From: Raillietiella orientalis
Lineage: Eukaryota
Length of the DNA stretch: 64,000 nucleotides
Assembly: GCA_036172245.1 (NCBI GenBank)
Contig: JAYWIR010000013.1
Location: forward strand, 1,984,001-2,048,000
Direction: 5' to 3'
The position numbers and the translations under genes are program-made. The notes under the pieces were generated by a model, which searched no databases, was not told the origin of the DNA, and worked only from the letters and a program-made list of their open reading frames with translations. How positions within the stretch are numbered: position 1 is the stretch's first letter; each line of letters begins with the position of its first letter. Below, one piece after another: positions 48,101 to 60,100 of this stretch.

Positions 48101-51100
48101 TCCTCTTTGTGCTGAGGAACTATCCGCCTAGGGACTCACGAAGCTCTTTGACCCTGTTTCGCACCACCCGAGGGTTCGCGTTATAGGGGATACCCTTTGA
48201 AACCAGGAAGACTCCGGAGGGAGAAATCCGTTCCTCTCGCGCTCGGGGGAGGGGAGGGGGACGTACAAAGCGACCTCTTTTTCATTCTCTCCGGAGGAGC
48301 CCCTCACTTCTTCTCGGAAGGGAACCCGGAAAGCATCCGTTCCTCGCATCATCCTGTGAAGAGATCTCCGAAAGGAGCAGCGCGCTTCTTGTCACTCTGG
48401 AGAGGGCGATCCCCCGAGGGGGAGGGTGGGTATCAACCAGCTGCATGGTGAGGAGGGCTCCCTCCATCTTCACATCTGGAGGTGAGCCCTTCACACTCTT
48501 TGATTTCGGGACAGAGGCGCGGCCATCTCGCCTTCCTCCCCCTTCCTCCTCCTCATCTCGTGTGCCCCTGATTCCCCGAAGGACCGTGGAGGTTCAGCTT
48601 CCGGTCCTGGACGACCAGCGGGGGAAGCAGGATGCTTCAACTGGTACCGCCGCTCCAGAAGTCTGCATTTCTCGGCGTCGATCTTTCCCCAGGCGGGATT
48701 CGAACCCGCAATGCTTGGTTCCACGGCGCGGAGACCACAGCCGCCTACGCACGGCCGCCTACGCGGCGGGCGTGTCGGGATTGCCTTTGTCACCGAACGT
48801 TTGTCAGCAGGTTGTCAGCGGCAGACTCTGAAAGCAGGGCGGGAGATGAGTTTCATGCTCGACCCACGGATCGCGCGGGGGTTGGACTGCCGTGAGTGCA
48901 GCGGAGGCATCCGGAAAAACGACGGCAGCAATGAAAGAGAACCAGAAGCAAAGCGCGGACTGTGAGAGCTCCCCAAAGACAAGTGAATGAAGGAGGACGG
49001 ATGTACCAACTTGCTGTTTTTGAGTTAGCGGTAGTTGTGATTACTGCTTGATGGCTTCTTCCGTTTCCGTTTGCACCTCTCTAATGCGACTCTGTTGCAT
49101 CGGAAGGATGGAGCATCCGAGAGGAACAGGACACTTTCTTTGTCCTCATCCTTCAAAGTCTTTTCCACTGCGAAACTTTCATGTGTGTGATGTCCGTGCC
49201 TTCAACGATGTTTCTCTCCGCAAGAAGCTGCGCGGCTAACTTGCTCGAAGTTATCATCCCTAATTATCCCCCTAATTATAGGTTTGCGAAGACATGCGAT
49301 GCTCCTTTGCTCTCTTGCGCGGGTGACTCTCCAAGTTGGCCCTTTTCTTGAGGATGGAACGAATGCACTGCAAACTCCTCCTTTGCTGGCTCGCCGCATC
49401 CATGGGCACACCGAGTCACGCATCGACTATCCTTTGAAAATCGAGTTCTTATTCTCGATGCGGTTCTTATTCTTCCTCTTTTTTCGCGTTTCTTTCCGTC
49501 CAGTCATCCGCCACGATGGTCCAATGGTTGCGTCTCCTCCATTCCGGCTTGACCTGCTCATGATTATCTTTCGGCATCCGTCTCTGCGGCTCCCACCGAC
49601 TGCACGCGGTCCGAATGTTCGTTCGCAGCGGACGCCGTGCGTCCTCTTCCAGAGGCTGCAAGTGTCGCTGAATCTTTGATCGCTGGAGACGAATCCACAA
49701 AGCCACCCTCGTTGCAGCTACCATGGCTGTTACCGACAAAGCCCTTCTTGGGCATAGGAGACGGCGCCCTCCCTTCCCCCATCCTTCCTTCACCTCGCGT
49801 TCGCATTTCACAGCCGGACCTCTGCCCCCCTCCAAGTTCACCAATGTGCATCCATCGGCTGCCACGTGTTGTACGCATGTACGCGATAGTCGGGTTGCTT
49901 GTGTGCTCTTTCGGTGAGCGAAGCTCCCTGATTCACGGTCTTTGTGTTCCAGACGGTGATAAATCTCAACGCCTGTCTTCGGAACGACGAGGAGGAATGG
50001 TACTCTCTTCGGCCCCACTACGAAAACAGTCTGGTACGATGAAACTGCAGTTCTTAAGCTTTCCCAGCATGCTGTTCGAATTCAAAGTTTCGGATGCTCC
50101 CCAGGAAGTGGGCGCCCGACTTTGCTGTCGCTCACAGAACGCTCTTGAATTTCGAAGATGCGTTCCCTAGCAGGGGCTTCACTTTCCTTTTGTCCGCAGG
50201 CCGACACGGAGTGCATCTTGGCCAACGTCGAGCACCTGTCGCCACCGTCGACGTCTTCTCGTGTATCAGATTCGGAGATCTCGGAGTTTGACTGCGACGA
50301 AGCGGCTACAGAGAGGAAAGTCGAAATCGCTTCTGGGAGCAGCATTGCCAGCTCGTCCAGGTACTCCTTTTGCGCTTCCTGTGGTGCCCCCTTTCCTTCC
50401 TGTAGGCGCGCCCCCCTGAAACTGCAGAGTGATGCGGAACGGTTTCCCGCTCGCCCGTGCCCTCAGTGCGTGGGCGGCTACGCGCGCCTCCGCATGTTGC
50501 ATCCGTGCTAAGAACATTTCGAGTTTCGCCCCGCCGCCCGCGCCACTCTTTCAAGAAGTGGGTTGCGGTCGCCTTACCGGAGGTGTTCGAAGTCGCTCCA
50601 TCCGGACGCGGTGTTGGATGGCGGCTCCCTTTCTTCTCCACCCTTCCTCTTTCTTTCATCTACGTCCTCTCCTCCTCCTCCTCCCCTCCTCTTTTCCTCT
50701 TTCTGCCCCTCTCTGGGTTTCTGGACGCTAGGTAACGTGGTGTCCCCTTCTCACATCCGCTCGGTCCAAGCTCCAGCTCGTAGGGTATTTGTCGTGTCCC
50801 AGGGCTGGTGAGGAAGGCTGCGCCGAGGTCGGGCAGGACGGGCGGTGGGGCCCGCTGGACTCGCTCGGGCGAAATTGGGAACAGCCTGGAAACAGATGGA
50901 TTCCAGCATATGGAACAGATGCATTCCAGCAACCGGAAGTATGGAAGCCTGCACCCTAGGGACTGCGCCGAAGAAAAGTCCCGTGTCCATTTTCCTTCCA
51001 CCCGGGAGAATGCGCGCGATGACACGGGAAACAGGCGGTCAATTAATTTTTTTTTTTTTTAAAAAAAAGGAGGGTCTTAAACCGGGTTTATCCTTGCGGT

Positions 51101-54100
51101 TTGCGTTCGCCGAAAGAAAACCGTGTCCAAAGAAGACCACTGCTGATGTCCAGCTCGAGCCGGAAAATTTGGCTCCTCTGACGACCGGCACGGAAACAAG
51201 TACTTCTGTGGTTTCCAAGGGGAAAAGGTCAGGCTCCCAGGATCGATAAAAGAGCAGGGTTGCCGCACAGACGGGCGGCACACGAGCTGCCGTGCACGCC
51301 GACACGCCTGTGCGCTTGCGGTCACGCGAGACGCGGACCAAGCCGAGGTGTGTGTACAAGGGCGGATCGGGAAACGTTCCCCTTGCCAGCTTCCGTGCGT
51401 CCCGCGACGACTTCCTGCGACGGGCTGGCTCGCAGGGCTCCTCGGAAGGAAAAGACGACAGGTGGCGGCGCCGAAAACGAGGACGCGTCCTGCTACGCCC
51501 ATCCCGCGACGACCCAGCGGGGAGCTCTCATGGACCCTTGCCTGGTTCGTTCCTGGGACTCAGACAGTCGCGAGAGCCGGGTGTCAGCACACGGCGGCCT
51601 CAGCCAGAATCTCCACGCCTGGAGGCTGCGTGGCGGACGGACGTGGAGAGATCGACGTTTCGGTCATTCCATTTTTTTTTTTTTTTAGTCTACCGCTGAG
51701 CCAACGGCTCCACCCGGGAGCATTTGGCCTTCCGCATAACGCGCTGCGGGTGACGTCACCAACACCAGCCGGCTGAGCCGTAGCGCGCCGCCTTCGAAAC
51801 CGCCAGGAGGGGAGCGCTGAGAACCAAATCCGGATGCCTCGCCCGCGTTGGTGCAACGCGGCGCTTTGCGAGTGGACTAAAATGAACACCGTCATCCGCT
51901 GAGGTGTTGAGATTCGTCCCTCGAGACACACCCTCTTCCCTTCGTTTCCGTTGTGGGTTCGGTCTGGAAATGGGTGCACGTGCGGTCCACCGCCGCTTGA
52001 ATTAGGTTGCGGTCTGCCGCAGGAAGGCGAATCATTACGGCGCATCTTCTTCGTTTTTGATCCTTCGATTTCCAGCGGTCGGTGTTCCACGCACCGACCG
52101 CTGGACACCTCGGGCGATGGTAGAGAAATCCCGCTCGCTATCAGTCCGACAGCATGCTCGGGGCGACAGGCGGGCACCGTGCTTTAAGGCCTGCGACTTG
52201 ACCTCGGCTTCTCGGCCGGCGGACAGCGACCTGGGAGCCTGTGGACCGGAGGCGAGTGTTTCCAGGAGACCCTTCTCCTGAAAAGAGCGCAGAATCCGGC
52301 CAGGAACACCACTGCTTCCTCGTCAGTCCCCACGTCCCTCGATGGCATTTATCTTCCCCGTGATGTTGATTCCCTGTCCGGAACGCAGGGGACCTGCCCT
52401 CCTTGCCTCGGGATGCGGGAGGCTGCTGGCTGTTCCTCTAGGGACGCGGACCCGGTTCCGCCCTCATTTCGGATCCGCCCAGGTTGCCGATGGCGAGGCC
52501 TGCCGGAGTTCTTGTCGGGGTCGGAAGGAACATTTTTAAAGATCCTTTTCAAAGATGCGAGGTCACGGAGGAACTCACGGAGGAAAGGAATTTCCATCCC
52601 TTCTCTGGACCTTTCCATTCCTCCGTCGTTCTTGCTGGCCCGGTCATGTAAACGTACGCGAAGACGCCTTAAAGGCTCGGTCCGGGGAACGCCGACACAC
52701 GGGTCGATGGCAGGGAGGGAAACGCACTCCGTGAGAAGAGGGGTCGAAGGTCAGCGGAGGAAAGCGCAAATAGGTAGATGAATGTACACGCGGCATGTAG
52801 AGACATCGGGCGCACCAAGGTTTGCCGTCTGGTCGGGGTAACGGCTGATGGGGGTGAAAAGGGAAAGAGGGAGGGTCGCCGGGTTCCCGTCCCAGCCTTT
52901 CTTCCTTCAATCCCCTAGAGACGCGCTCTTTGATTTCAGGACGGAGGCGCAGCCATCTCACCCTCCTTCTCCTTCCCATCGTCCATCTTTTCCTTTTTCC
53001 CATCCTCCCTCTTCTTCTTCCTCCTCCCCATCCTCCCTAACCCAGGCTGTTGCCGTGCGTTGCCATCCTCTGCGCCAGGAAATCGCCTCCCAAGGACAGT
53101 TGCAGGGGCGATACGACCACCCTGCCCCCCTGGCGCAGCTCGGAGGTGCGCGCATCCTTTCTTGTCCGGCGGCACCGGCGTATCTACCCCGGGAATCCCT
53201 CGAGGTCATGGGTGACCAAGCAGGTGGTTTGCTCGACGTGAAGAGGGCGCTCAGGGGCAGGGAGATCAGCGTACTCCGCTCAACTCGAAGTAGGAGAGGC
53301 CGAAGATCTGGGGGAGGGGGAGAAGGGAACGAAGCTAGGGGTCTCTTCGTGGGATCCCCCGCCGCCGCGCAGGCGCGCGGTGCACGTTACCTCAGGCCGC
53401 CGAAGTGGATGCGAAGGATCGAAGGGAACCGCCACGCAGAGCGCAGGATGGCCGGGAAGCCAAGACGGGCCGGTCGAAGGTCCTTTCAAGGTCGACCACC
53501 ACGTTGCTCCCTCGCCCGGGCCGGCGCCATGCTGCCCGCATCGGGTGGGCGCGTGCCACCGGCTGCTCTGCTCGGCAACAGCCTCCTCCCCCCCTTCCGG
53601 AGGTCTGCCACCGCTCTCTCCTGATGCACGGCCTGCGGTCTCGAGGGCAACTCGCCATCCGCATTCCCAGCTGGGGTCACTTCCCCCTTGTCGGCAGGAT
53701 GCAGGGACCTCTCCCCTGATCAGCTGCAGCGTTGGGTCGCTCGATTCCTACATGAAGAGCCTTAATGGCAGGACGTCCTGTCCCGGCGCCTTCCACCCCT
53801 TGCGCTCCGCGATGGCGCTCCGAAGGTCGGCGGTCGCGGCTGGCGCGCTGCTCTTCCCGTATGCCGGAGGGGGGGTTTTCTGGCAGCAGGCCAGGCTGTG
53901 CCGCCCGACTGACCCACCGCGCTCGTACAGGGAAGAGTAGGGCGTCGTCTCTACGCTGGAACCGGGGGTTCGTGACATTGCTCGCTCACGGGCACGGTGC
54001 CCCGTGCCCTTGGGTGAGCGTCTACGTGCGGTCGTGCCTCTACGCGCGCGCAGGTGCCCGCGCGCCCGTAGAGAGGCGCTGCTGTCTCCTTCCCCGGAGC

Positions 54101-57100
54101 CTATGGGCATCTGGGTACGGAACTCCCGGATGGCTCCCAGGAACGACCCTATCCCGGAGTTCCTGGATGGCGTGGACGGATCTCCTTCACTTCTTACCCG
54201 CTCCCGGTCGCCGCCACGTAGTCTTCGGCGTCCTCTACCCTAAGGCGCTGGCTCCAGTACAATTCCCGGAAACTATTGGGCGACGCTGATCTTGGGCCCC
54301 CTCCTCACCCTCCCTACCCGCTAGTGATTCCCCAGAAGGACATGCTCGAGGAGGTCCGTCATCCCGGAGTTCGTCGGAAGACAAACTGGTCGCGTTTAGG
54401 GACGTTCGCAGCTCGCTGATCTCGAGCACCACCCGATGACAAGCGAATGGTAAACTTTTCCGCCCGTTCACGCCAGGGGCGTTTATTCAGCAAAAAATGG
54501 ACCAGTTGGGAACACGCCGGTTCCCGACCGAAGACTTAAGGAAATCCAGGGGGGGAGGTCCGCTGACACGCAGGTCGGGACATACTGGAACGCGAGGGAA
54601 GGGGTAAGGAAAGGCCTTTGGTGTCTGCTCAATGTACACCAGGATGAATATGCAAAAGACCGAGAAAGGTCCGGAGCGGAAGGGAGTGGGCAGCAAGAAA
54701 AAAAAAACAAAGTAAAAAAGAATAAAGGAAGGCTGGGGTCAAGGGTCATCGGTCTTAGACGCCGACGATCTCCGTCTTCACATCTTCGGTGAGAGGCCAC
54801 CTTGTCGCCACCCTCGTGCGGCGGGTGCCACCCCAGTGACCTCCCTCGTCTCATGAGCGTTCTCGAGCACATGGAGGGCCGAGACGATGGAGCGGACGCG
54901 GCCCATCGTTGCCGTCACCGCCGCCGTGGAGAGTCCGTCATAGAAGAAGAACCGCCGCCGCGGAGGGTCGCGGGCTGAGTTCTCTTAGTGCAGGAGAGTC
55001 TCCGTCAGCCCGCGCCAGGAGGACACCGCAGTCCGAGAGCAGGTGCGGGGATGACCCTTCACCAACGCGCACCTGGCGCAGCAGTACGGGGATGCTGCCT
55101 CCCCTTTCCGGAGACGAGGGTGTAGGTGCTGGCTGTATCGGGGTCCCTGGTGCAGAGACGGCAGCATCGCCTGCCTCCAGGTCACAGGGAACGCGGGAGT
55201 GTTGGAACACAGGGGACCGCGGGCTCGCCGGGGGTAACGCTAGGAATTTCGGACCACCGAAGAAGTCCCGTCGCCTGGATACGCAGTGGCAGCGTCCGCC
55301 AACTCGCGCTTCTTCCAGCCGCCCGGGAGTTCTGTCTTTCCTGTGGCAGTGCAGAGCAAGTCGCACCCCGCTGGTTGGCAGCAGTCGCCCTCAGGGCAGA
55401 CGTCGCTGCAGCAAGGGCTGTGATGAATGGTAAAGTAGCCCTGTATGAGGTGCCACGACCTCGAGACCGAAGGCGGTGAGTCACCACGCGCAGTGCACTG
55501 ACCGATCGACGACGCTCCGCACGGGTGCAAACCTTCGTCACGATCAGGTCACCGTCGGTGACCACTCGGAGACCAATTCTGTCCAAGCTGGGAGCGCCGG
55601 CTAGGGTTTCACTAGATGTGTTACTCTGCAGGAGTGGTGCGAGGGTCACGCTCACGTTCCGCTCGACTTCTTCCGGATCCCGTCCGGGGATCCGACAGAC
55701 TCTCCTGCAAGAGTACGTGGCCGAAGGGGCTCAAGGCGCCAGCCTCCCCCTCCTGTCCTCGTCGTCTTGGCGTAGCCCGTGGGTGTTCGGTGTGGCCCCC
55801 GCAGGCGACGGCGAGGTGGTGACCTGCTCCTCCTGCCTTAAGCGCCCGTCGGTAGCGTTTCCTGGGTTCGCGGGACGCTGCGTATCCCCTCTCCCCTCCC
55901 TCGTGCCCATCATAGCACCCTGGGGTGCGGTCCTCCGCCGTAGCGGACGCATCCGCATCTTCTTCAATAGGGATGGTGGGCGATTTTGGTAGGCGTCGGT
56001 CCATCCTGTTCGAGGGGGGGGGAACGCCTCCTCGCCCAGGGTGCTTTTGTAGAGGCGGATCTCCCGAGGCTGGATGCAGTCTTTCTCGTGGTCGTGGAAG
56101 ACGCGTTTCCCTGGCGACCCTGCCACGACGGCGGGCATTCGTCTTGCGGTCCTAGCCGCGGCCGCCCGCGTCGCCGGCGCCTTCTTAGGGAAAGGACGAC
56201 TACCCACCCTGCCTTTCTGTTGCAGTCCCCCTCCGGACTCCTTCGAAAGACCTCGGAGCTCCCACAGGCTTCAGTCTTCGCAGCCCTCATCTCCGAAAGA
56301 GAACGGAGAGAAGTTAAGGTTAGAGAGTTCGCTCGGTCGTGCGCGGACCTTCGGCGCAATCGCCTGCCAACGCGCACGCGCGTGGCGGCTCTCGCGCGCG
56401 CGCGGGGGGACTGCATGCTGTCTTCCCGGATCCCAGTCCGTTGCCCCCAAGTGGAAACGCTTGTTCTTTTAAGGAGAAAGCTGCTGCAGCTCAGCAAGCC
56501 CAGAAGCGACCAGTCTTCCGCCTCCTCCAACGGTCAGAGCTCGAAGCACGTCGGGAGGTGGCTCGGCACCAGGAGCCTGCCTCCTCCTGAGGAAAGGTGC
56601 GGCTCCGCTTCCGAAGCGCGCGCGCGCTCCCGCTGCCCCTCCCACGGACGAATTTTCTTCCCCCAGGGACACCCCCTTCGACGAATCCTTGCTCTCTTCG
56701 GTCTCCTCTTCCACGACCCCGTGCGTGTCGCCCAGGAAGAGGCAGCTGCCGCGGATTCCCGCAGTGCTCCAGGCCATATCCAGGGAGAAGCTGTCGCACA
56801 GCCTCGAGTCGAAGGCGAGGCAGCTGAGGAGGAGAATGGAGATCGGCTCTCACAAGGGGGCGGTGAGAGGTACGCGGGGGTGGCCGTGCGTGCTTGCGGG
56901 TGGCCTCTGGAGGGAGCGCGAGGCACGCTCTGGGGTTCCAGGATTCTACAGCGACGCGGATACCCCGGCCAACCAAGAGGAACCCGAGTATCGGACTCGG
57001 CAGCAGCAGCAGCAGGCGCCCAACTCGCTGGACAGGACCAGATCTCACCATCCGGACAGCGACCGCGAGAGCATTGCCAGTGCCTTGTCCACTCAGTCGG

Positions 57101-60100
57101 AAAGAATCGTCCAGAGAAAGAATTCCAGGCAAGGACAAAACCGCCCCGTCGCTTCCATCCCCCTCCTCCTCCCCCTTTCCTGCCTTCCGCGTCTTCCCCA
57201 GGGCGAGGGGCTGGCTCTTCCCCGTCCAATCGTTACAGGTCAGGGGCGGGAGGGTCCGCCTCGCGTCTGATGGGGGAGCTGAGGGAGGCATACCACTCCC
57301 CTTTTCTGCGCTCTGCTGAGAATACCCCCGGGAGGGCAAGGGCGCGCGCGCCTCACCTCACCCCGCATCCTGACCGTCTTGAGCAGCTGTTCCTGGTTTT
57401 CTAGCTTTCAGAAGACGTACCGGCATCCCTCGGAGAAGAGCACGCGGCTCTCTCACGACAGCAGCGAAGATGTCTCCGAAGAGAAGCAAGGTAACTTGGT
57501 CTGTGTTCGTGCGCGGGTGCGTGCTCTTGCGGGCGGTCGCGACGGACGCCTTGGGAGGTGACCCTCGATTCTATCTGACCTTTTCCGTCGAGGAGGGGCT
57601 ATCTGGGAACCACCAGAATTGACTGGTTTTGAGTAAGGATGTTCAGTGGCGCCTGCCGTCCTCCGACGTCCTTCGTCTCCCGGCCGCGAAGGCTGCTCGA
57701 GTTGTTTCCCCGCTTCGGGAGAATGTCGGAGACTCGGAGCGAGCGGCAGCGCAGTCACGTGGCGCCGGGAGGCCCGCTCCACCCGGCACGGCGACGGAAT
57801 CCAGGAAAACTTCCCCGCCACCGCCGCCGCCTTGCCAGTTGATGACAATCACCCGCGGATCACCTCGGAGACTGCGCGCTGAACGACCACCATTCTCAAA
57901 CCGAGAGGCTGTACCGAAGGACCGTGGCGGGTCGGACTCCGCAGCCTGGGAGGACGGACGCCTTCATCATCGCGGCACTCTGCCGCAGTACATGGCCGCG
58001 AACTTGGAATCCTCGTTGGCGATGGCGATCCGTTCCGGAGAAAATGGCGACTGTGGGAACCAGAAAAGAACCAGAATGTCTCTGCGACCATTCTACTCGT
58101 CTCAGCTTCTTCTCCCCCCCCCTCGTATCGAGGCAGCGGCGGCGAGAAGACCGGACATCTCCGTGGTTTCCGCGCCCCGGGTCTTTCCCGGCGCCGGCAG
58201 CGGACGCCGGAGTCGCGAGGCTGGAATGGGGGATGGGGGACCAGGAGAAGAAGGATCTCCACTGTGACGACACCCGGGGTCCACCCGCCGCCACCGTATG
58301 GAGGAAGGCGAGACGATGACAAGGAACAAGACGCGACCCCGGTCGCCGAGACGGCACTTTTCTCATCTTCCGCCTCAGATTACCGCGCCATAGACGGCGC
58401 ACCCTGCGAGAATTAGTGAGCGTCATCCCTTATGACTCCTGGACCAGCTGTGGGCATCCTTCGTGTTGCTTCATTCCGACCGCTGGTCACAGATGTGGGC
58501 ACAACAGGCGCCGATTAGTTCTTCAATTCTTACATTTTAAATTTATCATTAGCTCCCCTCCTCTCCTTCCGTTATACGAATGACCTTTGCGTCAGGATTA
58601 GCTGCAGCCCGTTTTACTTTTTTTCGAGTTTATGTTACGGGGATGAGGCAAAAAGCAGCAGCAGCTACCCTGAAACACAAAGCAGCTCAGTCGCAGGCTG
58701 CGTGGCTGCGGCCTCCGCGCGCGTGGCGGGAAGCATCCCTCCCGGGAGGAAAGGGTCTACGCCGAGGAGGTGGGCGGATGGCACCTCTCCAGAGTGCAAG
58801 AAATGCTCTGCTATCTTCGGGGAGCGGACCCTTCAGATGAATCTGGAAGCGTCCCTTCAGGGTCCTCTTCAGAGGAAGAGGAAAGAAGGGGAGATTCCCC
58901 TGCGTGTTCCCTCCGAAAAAGAAACGAGGAGTGGCCCCCCACAAACCGAGGGGTTACTCCGGAGAGAACAAGGAAGAGGTTCTTCCCTCCGGAGTTCCCT
59001 TCGAAGACACCAGCTCCAGGGTCACCTTCAGGGTTTCCTCCCAGGCATGAGAGGAACGGACTCCTCCCTCCGGATCCCTTCCTGGATTCATAGTGTGGTC
59101 CCCTCCCAGGGTACCCCCTACAACTTGAAGAGACAAGACGCGCCCTCGAGTGGCCAGACGTGGTCAAAGGGCTTCGTGAGCCGCCAGGCGAGCGGTTCTT
59201 CAGCACTCCTTGGAAACCGAAAAACGAAAAAGCTGGAGGGAAAGTGGAGAAACAGAAGAATTCTCCCAAGAAACTTCCCTCATCCTTTTGGGAGGGACCC
59301 CGAAGAGAACCCTACACCTGCAGCAGGAAGATGAATTCCCACGCGGCACGTCTTCGCAGATGCGGCGGATTCACCACGGGGCGAACCAAGCGCGTCTCAC
59401 TCGCCCAAAGCGAAATCCCCGAGTGCGAGCGAGAGCGGAACGTCCTGGGCGCCGCCGCCTCCGACTTTTGCAGTAGCCCACCCACTGAAAGACTCCGAAA
59501 GCGATAAAGCATGGCCAAAGAAAGTGCACGAGTTCCAGCACACGAATACACGTACACTGAAATTCCCCACACACATGCACACGTTTTCGGAAAGCGTTTT
59601 CAGTGCACCGGTGCACAGCTTCTGCGTACCCGTGGCGTGCCCGAATGCCTGCTGGCATGTGCGATGGCGAACTTCTTCTTCTGTGCAACAGGAAGCGGTT
59701 TCACGGCCGGAAGTTTTCAGCAGTGAATTTTTTCATCTCCCACTCTTCCGGCCGCGAAGTGCTCGATGTGATTCACGCGAGGGAGCTTTATAGCGGCAGG
59801 GGGGAAGGGAGGGGTTGGTTGTTCCCATCTCCTTCCCCTCGAAGTTCCCTAGCGGATCGCCTGCCGCTGATTTTGCGCCCGAACCTGCAGACTTCCCAAG
59901 AGGAGGTTCATCCTGCTGGAGGAAAGCCGTGGCTGTGGCATCAGAGCCTTGGACTCCTCCTTCCAGGAACGCGAAGGAGGGTTCCGCTCCTCCGATGGAC
60001 CGCCGCCGTCGCTGCTCAGGAGCCGCCACCCTCTGCGCAGCATGCTGGTCGCGATACCGGGGAGTCCATGGCGTGACCTCGGGGCTGTTCGGGACCGCGC

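Noticed and set aside
48686..48770. tRNA gene
   Set aside because: Only the T-arm and B-box are intact, with no cloverleaf. Treated as a SINE remnant. A lone A-box at ~51690-51710 (minus) was also dismissed.
51390..51662. Phase 2-2 open segment that could be an extra RIM linker exon
   Set aside because: Weak donor and no recognisable RIM motif. Left out pending transcript data.
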